A DNA stretch of 14,412 bases from a virus. Taxonomy: Duplodnaviria > Heunggongvirae > Uroviricota > Caudoviricetes. The notes beneath the pieces were generated by a model that saw only the letters and a program-made list of their open reading frames with translations, was not told where the DNA came from and made no database searches. The stretch lies in IMG/VR virus record IMGVR_UViG_2690315808_000002. One strand, 5' to 3'. The position numbers and the translations under genes were made by a program. Each line of letters starts with the position of its first letter. Positions within the stretch are counted from its first letter, which is position 1. Of this stretch, positions 1-7,510 are shown piece after piece.

Positions 1-894
1 ATGCGCTCACCAATTTGTCATCTTTTCTCAGCAATTAATTCATCACCATTTAAGATTGCACCAGAGAAGGAGCAAGATCTTAAAACGATAGTTGACGACA
101 AAAAAATTATAATTTCAGTTGTGAGTGAACCTGGTTTTAATATCCGAGTCAGGAAGAATGAGAGTAATAATTCACATGAAATAGTTCTAACAGTAGCTTC
201 ACTTGAATATATTTGGGCATTTTCCAATTTCTTTTGGGTTTTTACGCAAGAGTACTCCAAATCTCAGAAAAATAATGATGAGCACTTTGATTTAACAGGA
301 AAAAATAGGCTTAAAAAGTCTGATGAACTTCTTAAATGGGCAAGGAAAAACTTGCAAACAACAGGTTGCGAATCATGGCCTAAAAAATGTCCCAAGCCAG
401 AAGCATATTTACAAGGAAGCGAAGACTCACAAGTTGCTAGCGAGATATTTCTTTGTGCTATTGCTTGGATTCTTCATCATGAAATAAGTCATGTTGTTTT
501 ACAGCATCCATTGGTCACTACAGCATTCTCCACTCAAGAGGAGCGTGAAGCAGATTCACATGCTACAAAATGGATATTAGGCAACCTGTATGAATCCGCT
601 CCTGAATTAAAGAAACGTGCACTTGGCATTGCTACGGCAGTGCTTTGTATACAAAGCTTAGAAGTTGAAAATTACTTCTGTTTACAAAATACACACCCAG
701 CTGCATATGAGCGTATATATTCGAATATTTCATGCTACCCTGTCGGAAATGAAGAGTTGATTGAAGCTCTATGTACAGTGATGCTTCAATATCTTTTCCA
801 TGGCAAAAATATCAATGTGAATCTAGATGGGGAGTCCTTTTCATCGATTTTAGGTGATCTTCTCTGTGATATTTCACGTCTTACCAGTAACTGA
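1..894 (+). CDS. lit: Lit cell-death zinc metalloprotease (phage-exclusion protease that cleaves EF-Tu)
   Basis: 297-codon ORF starting at ATG at position 1; HExxH zinc-binding motif (ILHHEISHVV); position next to int at the prophage end; length matches Lit as I recall it. Promoter lies outside the window. Confidence 0.85.
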   Translation: MRSPICHLFSAINSSPFKIAPEKEQDLKTIVDDKKIIISVVSEPGFNIRVRKNESNNSHEIVLTVASLEYIWAFSNFFWVFTQEYSKSQKNNDEHFDLTGKNRLKKSDELLKWARKNLQTTGCESWPKKCPKPEAYLQGSEDSQVASEIFLCAIAWILHHEISHVVLQHPLVTTAFSTQEEREADSHATKWILGNLYESAPELKKRALGIATAVLCIQSLEVENYFCLQNTHPAAYERIYSNISCYPVGNEELIEALCTVMLQYLFHGKNINVNLDGESFSSILGDLLCDISRLTSN

Positions 895-984
895 TATGGC
901 TGTCCGCCGCTCGCTTAAAGTGGACTTTTTAGTTTTTATCATGTGCGGTGAGAAATTCAATGTGGCGTTGAGATGCTTAAAGGT

Positions 985-2112
985 TCACAACGCTACTTTG
1001 CTCCATCCTTTACCTCGATCATCATGATAACGATCGGTTTGTTGTTGTGTTTTATGACCAAGTAGTTTTTGTGTGTCTAACCCCTGTTCTTTATACAGAC
1101 GTTCAGATAAAGACCTTTGCTCATGGAATGTCGCAGGTGAACCCTCTCCCCAGTCAATTCTTGCTAAATCTCTCGCTTTACTAAAATTCATCGTCAATGT
1201 ATTGGCTTTAACCTGCGCTCCGCGCTCTGCTTGTGAAGTTGAACGAAAAAAATGCACTAAGTATGCACTGACTGCATAGTCACGGCAGCGGGCTACTACA
1301 TCGCGTAAACTCCAGTTAATCGCATTGAGGCGAAGAGAAAGAGGAATTGCGATTTTGCTCCCGGTCTTTTCCTGAATGACATGAAGATGATCATCCCAAA
1401 TATCGCTAAATTTCATACGCGAAATATCACCTAACCGCTGACCAGTAACCAGCGCTAACAGCATGGCATTTCCCATGTAACGATGAGTAGCGTCTGCGAT
1501 ATCGAAGATTTTTTTCCATTCTTCAAGGCTCAGCCGTTGTCGGGTAATTTTTCTTCTTGGTTGTTTAGTGGCTAATGCTGGGTTATAGCCAGGAGGTACT
1601 TCTCCGTAGTGCTGCGCCTCTTTGAAAACATCAATCAGGACGGAGCGAACTACTTGTGCCATTCTTGGCCGCCCAGCGGCGATATACTCATCAAGCAATT
1701 GTGCTATATCTCTGACATCAACGGCTGAGATCAACTTCATTCCTGCTCGTTCTCTGAGCAAGGATACTGGTTTAGCTTTTTGTTTATAGGTGTTGAGTCT
1801 TATATCACCACTTTTAAGCCTGTCATCCTGGATCGCTTGATAGCGATCTAACCAGGTTGACGTTGTGATAGCCTTTCCTTTGCTGGTTGCGATCCTGTCA
1901 CTGATAGCCAGAATCTGCCGGGTTCTTTGTTCAGCCAGGCGAGTGTTGGCCTCAGTGGCAATAGCGATAGCTTCAGCTTCGTTTGTTCCCAAAGCATGGA
2001 ATTTTCCTGTCACTGGATGCTTATACCGCCAATAGACTTTATTTACCTTCCTACTATAAAGCGGATATAAGTTAGGGACTGAAACATTATTCTTACGCGG
2101 TCTGGCTGCCAT
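985..2112 (-). CDS. intE: Lambda-family tyrosine integrase
   Basis: 375 aa; C-terminal catalytic region resembles lambda Int (LLGHKTQQQTDRYHDDRGKGW, with the tyrosine nucleophile in DRYHDD); overlaps xis by 20 bp as in lambda. Confidence 0.9.
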   Translation of the reverse strand: MAARPRKNNVSVPNLYPLYSRKVNKVYWRYKHPVTGKFHALGTNEAEAIAIATEANTRLAEQRTRQILAISDRIATSKGKAITTSTWLDRYQAIQDDRLKSGDIRLNTYKQKAKPVSLLRERAGMKLISAVDVRDIAQLLDEYIAAGRPRMAQVVRSVLIDVFKEAQHYGEVPPGYNPALATKQPRRKITRQRLSLEEWKKIFDIADATHRYMGNAMLLALVTGQRLGDISRMKFSDIWDDHLHVIQEKTGSKIAIPLSLRLNAINWSLRDVVARCRDYAVSAYLVHFFRSTSQAERGAQVKANTLTMNFSKARDLARIDWGEGSPATFHEQRSLSERLYKEQGLDTQKLLGHKTQQQTDRYHDDRGKGWSKVAL

Positions 2113-2338
2113 TACTCAAAATCCGTTGCAAAAGTAATGAGTCATTTTTCTTGATTACAGGTGTTACCAACTCCCCAACTAACTCGGCGTCCTCACGCAC
2201 TCGCCATAACCGGCCTTGTTTCATGGCCGGTGGACAAAATAAATTCTGCTTAGCATAACGACGCAATGTGGACACACTTGGAGGATTACTTCTGTATTTT
2301 TCAGCAGCCCATTCTTCAAGAGTTAACATTTGAAGCAT
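2093..2338 (-). CDS. xisE: Excisionase (lambda Xis-like)
   Basis: 81 aa; N-terminus (LTLEEWAA...STLRRYAKQNLFCPPAMKQGRLW) resembles lambda Xis; immediately upstream of and overlapping int. Confidence 0.85.
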   Translation of the reverse strand: MLQMLTLEEWAAEKYRSNPPSVSTLRRYAKQNLFCPPAMKQGRLWRVREDAELVGELVTPVIKKNDSLLLQRILSNGSQTA

Positions 2339-2374
2339 ATGCGATCACCTTATTACTACACTAACTGCTTAGTC

Positions 2375-2686
2375 TCAGCATATCGACCCTGCACGGTCGG
2401 TTAGTTTCTCCACAAAACAGAGAAGAGCACCTGTGGCCACAGCTATCAGGATGGGTCGGGTTATTAACCCGTCATCCGGGGATACTCTTCTCTGTTTTGT
2501 AAAAAGGGCGGTACCAGAAAGGACTAAGGAAAAAACTGGTACCGCCAAGACTACACACAGCATAAAGTTGTGGTGTCGGGTGCCCCCGGTGCCTGGCGAA
2601 GGTTGCACACCAGGCGGGTGGGTATCCACAGAAGGTCGATTGTCAGCCTCAACCTTAACCCGCGTGCGCTGAGCCGCATTCACCAC
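2375..2686 (-). CDS. ymfH: Doubtful 103-codon ORF (the position usually annotated ymfH); may be non-coding
   Basis: Open frame only; N-terminal half is Pro/Gly/Thr/Arg-rich, C-terminal half hydrophobic; it lies over a GC-rich block of nested perfect inverted repeats (see findings). Confidence 0.25.
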   Translation of the reverse strand: MVNAAQRTRVKVEADNRPSVDTHPPGVQPSPGTGGTRHHNFMLCVVLAVPVFSLVLSGTALFTKQRRVSPDDGLITRPILIAVATGALLCFVEKLTDRAGSIC

Positions 2687-2802
2687 AACGCTAAGGATTC
2701 TCTCTGGTTGAAAATACTTAGCTGTTATGTGCCTGTCTTTTCACCACTTCAGGCTCGGTGGTATGCTGGAGTTCTCACACAGCCAGCAAGCAAGGAAACT
2801 TA

Positions 2803-3144
2803 ATGAACCAGTTTTATGTTCACGTTCGTCTATTTGAAGACACAGCCGAACAGACCAAAAAATTTGAAGAATTAATGCTTAACTTTCTGTACCAGAAAAC
2901 AGTTAAAGAGTCTGACGATAGCTGCTGCAGACTGATTCCAGAGGGATATATCCTCAAAAGTACAATGAACTGCCAACAAATCCTTGATCAAACATTTTCA
3001 ATTGCTAACAGTGCCGGTGTTGACGCAAATATATTTGTCTGTAAATTTGAACAAAGCGCATGCTTACTTCCGTCTGCTTCCTTAGTTGGTAACGATTTCG
3101 TTCATTACGATCTTACGCCTAAGCCCATCAAGCTCGATTCTTAA
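2803..3144 (+). CDS. ymfI: Hypothetical prophage protein, 113 aa
   Basis: ATG at 2803 preceded by AAGGA with 6-nt spacing; the ORF-track start at 2758 is a GTG extension. No recognisable domain. Confidence 0.6.
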   Translation: MNQFYVHVRLFEDTAEQTKKFEELMLNFLYQKTVKESDDSCCRLIPEGYILKSTMNCQQILDQTFSIANSAGVDANIFVCKFEQSACLLPSASLVGNDFVHYDLTPKPIKLDS

Positions 3145-3390
3145 AGCCTTAACCATTGTGTCGTGATAAACACGGCTCACCTTCTCTCCATTGCATGGCA
3201 GAGGGGTGAGTGTGTTAGCCATGAAATTCATGAACTCGGTTCGACCAGGGGCTTGCGCCCCGCAAGTCTTTAATGCCTGTTTTGCTAACAAAATGCGGGC
3301 CTCAGTGCCTGCATTTGGCTCTATCTGCTGCAAACGTTTAGCGTCTTCCAGCAACAATGCGATCACATGCTTCAAATTCTGCTCATTCAT
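3082..3390 (-). CDS. ymfJ: Hypothetical prophage protein, 102 aa; first gene of the leftward early transcript
   Basis: Intact ORF transcribed leftward, away from the repressor gene; its 3' end overlaps the 3' end of ymfI by 63 bp. Confidence 0.6.
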   Translation of the reverse strand: MNEQNLKHVIALLLEDAKRLQQIEPNAGTEARILLAKQALKTCGAQAPGRTEFMNFMANTLTPLPCNGEKVSRVYHDTMVKALRIELDGLRRKIVMNEIVTN

Positions 3391-3529
3391 CTATTCTCTC
3401 CACTGAAATCATCCGCTAACGAATCATCCCGGTCTTCGTACGTACCGGGCGGGCTACTTCGTGGGCGTCCTGCCTGTTTGTTGTTTCTCTTGGGTACATT
3501 ATGTATCTCAAAGGTACATTGTCAAGTAT

Positions 3530-3552
3530 AAAAAAACCTGCCGAAGCAGGTT
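3530..3552 (-). terminator. Rho-independent terminator just downstream of the repressor gene
   Basis: Stem ACCTGC / GCAGGT (3536-3541 / 3546-3551) with CGAA loop; on the minus-strand transcript it is followed by a U-run (A-run 3530-3536 on the + strand); 13 bp past the cohE stop. Confidence 0.55.
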
Positions 3553-3564
3553 CATAAACATTGA

Positions 3565-4239
3565 TTAGGCTTTGATTTTGTATCTTCTTGGTTTTCCTGA
3601 GAAAATCACAGTACCAATTATAGAGCAATTACCGTTGATCTTAATGTAAGGCTCAGGCCAGTTTGGGTTTAACGCTTTGAGATAACGCTGTGTCCCATCT
3701 TCTATCAACCTTTTGAAGGTGGTTTCACCTGTATCGTGCATCAATGCAATAACGTCGTCACCGTGGCAGGCAGGTACTTCAGGATCGACAAAAATCATGT
3801 CTCCCGGGCGGTACTCATCAATCATTGAATCACCTATTACCCGCAAGATATAAGTCATTTCCCCACAGGGTACAGGGCAGGGATACGTTTCTGCTGTGCT
3901 CAAATCAACCTCAGAATATCCAACTTCTTTCCATGCTCCGGCCTGTACCCATGATATGACAGGGACTAATGTGATTTGTTTATTAGTGATTGAAACATCA
4001 GGTTTTTTTGTGATGTTCGTTGTCTGGTGTTCTTGATCGAGCCATCCTACAGGCAGGTCGAAACATTTTTCGATGTGTCGTGCCATGCTGTCACCGATAT
4101 TTTTAGTAGCACCATCTCCCATAAACCTGCTGGTCTGGGTTGGCTCGCGATCAATCATAGTGGCAAAGGAAGAATTCCCGCCAACACCATCTCTCAGTTT
4201 TCTGGCGTTAGACCGCCGGATGTCATGGATTGTTTTCAT
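3565..4239 (-). CDS. cohE: CI-like prophage repressor with LexA/S24 autopeptidase domain
   Basis: 224 aa; C-terminal S24 peptidase signature (GDSM serine, downstream KRL lysine) and a candidate Ala-Gly cleavage site (VQAGAW); divergent from a Cro-like gene. Confidence 0.9.
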   Translation of the reverse strand: MKTIHDIRRSNARKLRDGVGGNSSFATMIDREPTQTSRFMGDGATKNIGDSMARHIEKCFDLPVGWLDQEHQTTNITKKPDVSITNKQITLVPVISWVQAGAWKEVGYSEVDLSTAETYPCPVPCGEMTYILRVIGDSMIDEYRPGDMIFVDPEVPACHGDDVIALMHDTGETTFKRLIEDGTQRYLKALNPNWPEPYIKINGNCSIIGTVIFSGKPRRYKIKA

Positions 4240-4329
4240 AACGAAATTAAAACCCTTGTACCGTTAAGGTACAAGTATCTTGAAGGTTCATTTCAATCAT
4301 GTAATATGTACACCGGAGGTACATATTGT
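4240..4329. promoter_or_regulatory. Divergent immunity control region (OR-like) between repressor and cro
   Basis: Perfect 21-bp palindrome CTTGTACC-GTTAA-GGTACAAG at 4255-4275 and related site ATGTACACCGGAGGTACAT at 4306-4324 (both TGTAC-N7-GTACA); candidate rightward promoter TTGAAG (4280-4285), 16-bp spacer, TAATAT (4302-4307); GGAGG 11 nt before the cro ATG. Confidence 0.6.
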
Positions 4330-4530
4330 ATGAAAGCGTATTGGGACTCTTTAACCAAAGAACAGCAGGGCGAGTTGGCCGGAAAAGTTGGCTCAACACC
4401 TGGCTACTTACGGCTGGTTTTCAATGGCTATAAAAAAGCCAGTTTTGTGCTGGCTAAAAAACTTGAGCAATACACATCAGGTGCAATTACGAAATCTGAC
4501 TTAAGACCGGATATCTATCCGAAAGATTAG
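4330..4530 (+). CDS. croE: Cro-like HTH regulator, 66 aa
   Basis: Internal ATG at 4330 of the longer ORF-track frame 4027..4530 (the upstream part is antisense to the repressor gene); small HTH-like protein divergent from the CI-like repressor. Confidence 0.75.
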   Translation: MKAYWDSLTKEQQGELAGKVGSTPGYLRLVFNGYKKASFVLAKKLEQYTSGAITKSDLRPDIYPKD

Positions 4531-4561
4531 CAGAACACTTTCAATTTTTAACCACAGAACG

Positions 4562-5131
4562 ATGAGGCTAATCGTGGGTAAGCATCACTGGAAAATAGAA
4601 AAACAGCCTGAGTGGTACGTGAAAGCTGTCAGAAAAACTATCGCGGCGTTGCCGAGTGGTTACGCTGAAGCGGCTGACTGGCTCGATGTAACAGAAAACG
4701 CTTTATTCAACCGCCTTCGTGCAGATGGCGATCAGATTTTCCCGCTGGGATGGGCAATGGTTTTACAGCGTGCTGGTGGCACTCACTTCATTGCTGATGC
4801 TGTGGCGCAGTCTGCAAATGGCGTCTTTGTGTCTCTTCCTGACGTCGAGGATGTGGACAACGCCGATATTAACCAGCGTCTGCTGGAAGTCATTGAACAG
4901 ATCGGCAGTTATTCAAAACAGATTCGTTCAGCAATCGAAGACGGTGTAGTGGAACCGCATGAGAAGACAGCAATTAACGACGAGCTGTATCTCTCAATTT
5001 CGAAGCTGCAGGAGCATGCAGCACTTGTCTACAAAATTTTTTGCATTTCAGAAAGTAATGACGCCCGCGAGTGTGCAGCTCCGGGCGTCGTGGCGTCGAT
5101 TGCTTCTGGTTGTGGAGAAACTAACGCATGA
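4562..5131 (+). CDS. ymfL: Putative early regulatory protein (possibly CII/CP76-like), 189 aa
   Basis: Intact ORF directly after cro; family assignment is from memory, no motif confirmed. An alternative GTG start at 4574 has a better-spaced GAGG. Confidence 0.55.
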
Positions 5132-5466
5132 ACAGTTTAACAACACACTACCGTCGCTCGCAACTGATTGCGCTTCCTGTACCGGGTGGAAAAGCGAAGG
5201 TGGAATATTGCTATGCAGTGAATGTACCAGGTGACAGGGAAATTGTAACCCACAGCTTTGCAGAGTGGGCTGTGGGTGATTTCAACCGGCAGAAGGAGAC
5301 AGTCCTTTGCGACAAGTTAACCGCTGGTTCAAAGATCACTACGGAGTGCCCGTCAGAGTCATTCGTTGGGAGCCGGAAACACAACGGGTTATCTACCTCC
5401 GCGAAGGTTATGAGCATGAATGCTTCAGCCCGCTCGAACAGTTTCGTCGTAAATTCAGGGAAATAG
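5128..5466 (+). CDS. ymfM: Hypothetical protein, 112-codon ORF; probably a frameshifted remnant
   Basis: ORF overlaps ymfL stop by 4 nt; from about 5280 a different frame carries a 68-codon protein-like stretch with no start codon that ends at 5486 (see finding). Confidence 0.45.
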
Positions 5467-5475
5467 AGGTCGGTC

Positions 5476-6843
5476 ATGAGCACTAAATTAACCGGCTATG
5501 TATGGGATGGTTGCGCTGCATCAGGCATGAAGTTATCCAGCGTGGCAATTATGGCCCGCCTGGCTGATTTCAGTAATGACGAAGGTGTGTGCTGGCCATC
5601 AATTGAAACCATTGCCCGTCAGATTGGCGCGGGGATGAGTACCGTCAGAACGGCTATCGCACGGCTGGAAGCAGAAGGCTGGTTAACGCGTAAGGCGCGT
5701 CGCCAGGGTGATGGTTCATCACCCCACTGTGCCGTGGTGGATGAATATCACGAGCACGCCACAGATGCGCTTTACACCACGATGCTTACCGGGATGGGGG
5801 CGCGACGCCAGCCACTGATGTGGGCCATTACCACCGCCGGGTACAACATTGAGGGGCCGTGCTACGACAAACGGCGGGAAGTCATCGAGATGCTCAACGG
5901 CTCGGTGCCAAACGATGAACTGTTCGGGATCATCTATACCGTTGATGAAGGTGACGACTGGACCGACCCGCAGGTGCTGGAAAAAGCCAATCCAAATATT
6001 GGCGTGTCGGTTTATCGCGAATTTTTGTTAAGTCAGCAGCAGCGTGCGAAAAATAACGCCCGTCTGGCAAACGTCTTTAAAACAAAACACCTCAATATCT
6101 GGGCGTCGGCGCGTTCGGCGTATTTCAACCTGGTGAGCTGGCAGAGCTGCGAGGATAAATCACTGACCCTTGAGCAGTTCGAGGGGCAGCCGTGCATTCT
6201 GGCCTTTGACCTGGCGCGTAAGCTGGATATGAACAGCATGGCGCGACTTTATACCCGCGAGATTGACGGTAAAACGCATTACTACAGTGTGGCCCCGCGT
6301 TTCTGGGTACCGTATGACACGGTGTACAGCGTCGAGAAAAATGAAGATCGCCGGACAGCCGAACGCTTTCAGAAATGGGTGGAAATGGGCGTTCTGACCG
6401 TTACCGATGGTGCGGAGGTGGATTATCGCTACATCCTCGAAGAGGCCAAAGCGGCGAACAAAATCAGCCCGGTCAGTGAGTCACCCATCGACCCCTTCGG
6501 GGCGACCGGGCTGTCACATGACCTTGCTGATGAAGACCTGAACCCCGTCACCATCATTCAGAACTACACCAACATGTCCGATCCGATGAAAGAGCTGGAA
6601 GCGGCGATTGAATCGGGGCGCTTTCATCATGACGGCAATCCCATCATGACCTGGTGTATCGGCAACGTGGTCGGCAAAACCATTCCGGGTAACGATGATG
6701 TGGTGAAGCCCGTCAAGGAGCAGGCGGAAAACAAAATCGATGGTGCAGTTGCGCTGATTATGGCGGTTGGCAGAGCCATGCTGTACGAGAAAGAAGACAC
6801 GCTGTCTGATCACATTGAGTCCTACGGGATCCGCTCGCTTTAA
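5476..6843 (+). CDS. oweE: Deletion fusion: replication-initiator N-terminal HTH domain joined to the C-terminal two-thirds of a terminase large subunit
   Basis: 455 aa. First ~80 aa resemble a phage replication-protein winged-helix N-terminus ([30 protein letters not shown]); the rest resembles terminase large subunit from about the Walker B region (VVDEYHEH) through the nuclease domain; no Walker A P-loop is apparent. Confidence 0.8.
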
Positions 6844-6854
6844 CTGAGGTAATT

Positions 6855-7037
6855 ATGATCATGCTGATTCTCGCGCCTCTGGTGGGCGTGCTGGGTGCGC
6901 TTTTGCTGGCGTATGGTGCCTGGCTGATTTATCCCCCGGCGGGTTTTGTTGTTGCCGGGGCGCTGTGCCTGTTCTGGTCGTGGCTGGTGGCGCGATATCT
7001 CGACCGTACACAGTCGTCTGTCGGCGGAGGTAAATAG
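6855..7037 (+). CDS. ymfR: Small predicted membrane protein, 60 aa
   Basis: Hydrophobic 60-aa ORF with GAGG a few nt upstream of the ATG; sits between terminase and portal remnants. Confidence 0.5.
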
Positions 7038-7510
7038 TGTTCTTTTCGGGATTATTTCAACGAAAAAGTGACGCACCGGTGACCACGCCAGCAGAGCTGG
7101 CGGATGCCATCGGGCTGTCGTATGACACCTATACCGGAAAGCAGATCAGCAGTCAGCGGGCTATGCGACTGACGGCGGTTTTTTCCTGCGTCAGAGTGCT
7201 GGCAGAGTCGGTCGGGATGTTGCCCTGCAATCTGTATCACCTGAACGGCAGCCTGAAGCAGAGAGCCACCGGCGAACGTCTGCATAAACTGATCTCCACG
7301 CATCCCAATGGCTATATGACGCCGCAGGAGTTCTGGGAGCTGGTGGTCACCTGTCTGTGCCTGAGGGGAAACTTTTACGCCTACAAAGTGAAAGCATTTG
7401 GCGAAGTGGCTGAACTGCTGCCCGTCGATCCCGGCTGTGTGGTATATGCGCTGGGAAGGTGTCAGCGATGGCCTGAAGGTGACCGCCGGGAGTGTTATTC
7501 AGCGCGATGA
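7037..7510 (+). pseudogene. beeE: Portal protein N-terminal fragment (HK97-family-like) running into unrelated sequence
   Basis: GTG start at 7037 with GGAGG 7 nt upstream; first ~130 aa resemble portal N-termini (AVFSCVRVLAESVGMLP, HPNGYMTPQEFWELVV, RGNFYAYKV); the frame then continues over the start of the baseplate fragment and stops. Confidence 0.7.

Noticed and set aside
18-260. 80-codon ORF on the minus strand
   Set aside because: Lies entirely antisense within the lit coding region; no independent support.
1073-1279. 68-codon ORF on the plus strand
   Set aside because: Antisense shadow inside the integrase gene.
2433-2803. Two plus-strand ORFs (2433..2672, 2570..2803) in the GC-rich block
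   Set aside because: Arg/Gly/Pro-rich low-complexity translations typical of GC-rich non-coding or antisense sequence; the second is only an upstream extension of ymfI.
3191-3406. 71-codon plus-strand ORF
   Set aside because: Antisense to ymfJ; Cys/Ala-rich, not protein-like.
3416-3628. 70-codon minus-strand ORF spanning the repressor 3' end and terminator
   Set aside because: Overlaps the cohE C-terminus in another frame and runs through the terminator hairpin.
4027-4329. N-terminal 101 codons of ORF 4027..4530 and ORF 4073..4267
   Set aside because: Antisense to the repressor gene and crossing the operator region; only the part from ATG 4330 (cro) is credible.
4719-5234. Alternative-frame ORFs 4719..4949 and 4959..5234
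   Set aside because: Embedded in ymfL/ymfM in other frames; low-complexity translations.
5849-6813. Shadow ORFs 5849..6031 (+), 6033..6239 (-), 6514..6813 (-)
   Set aside because: All inside the replication-terminase fusion ORF; Arg/Cys-rich shadow translations.
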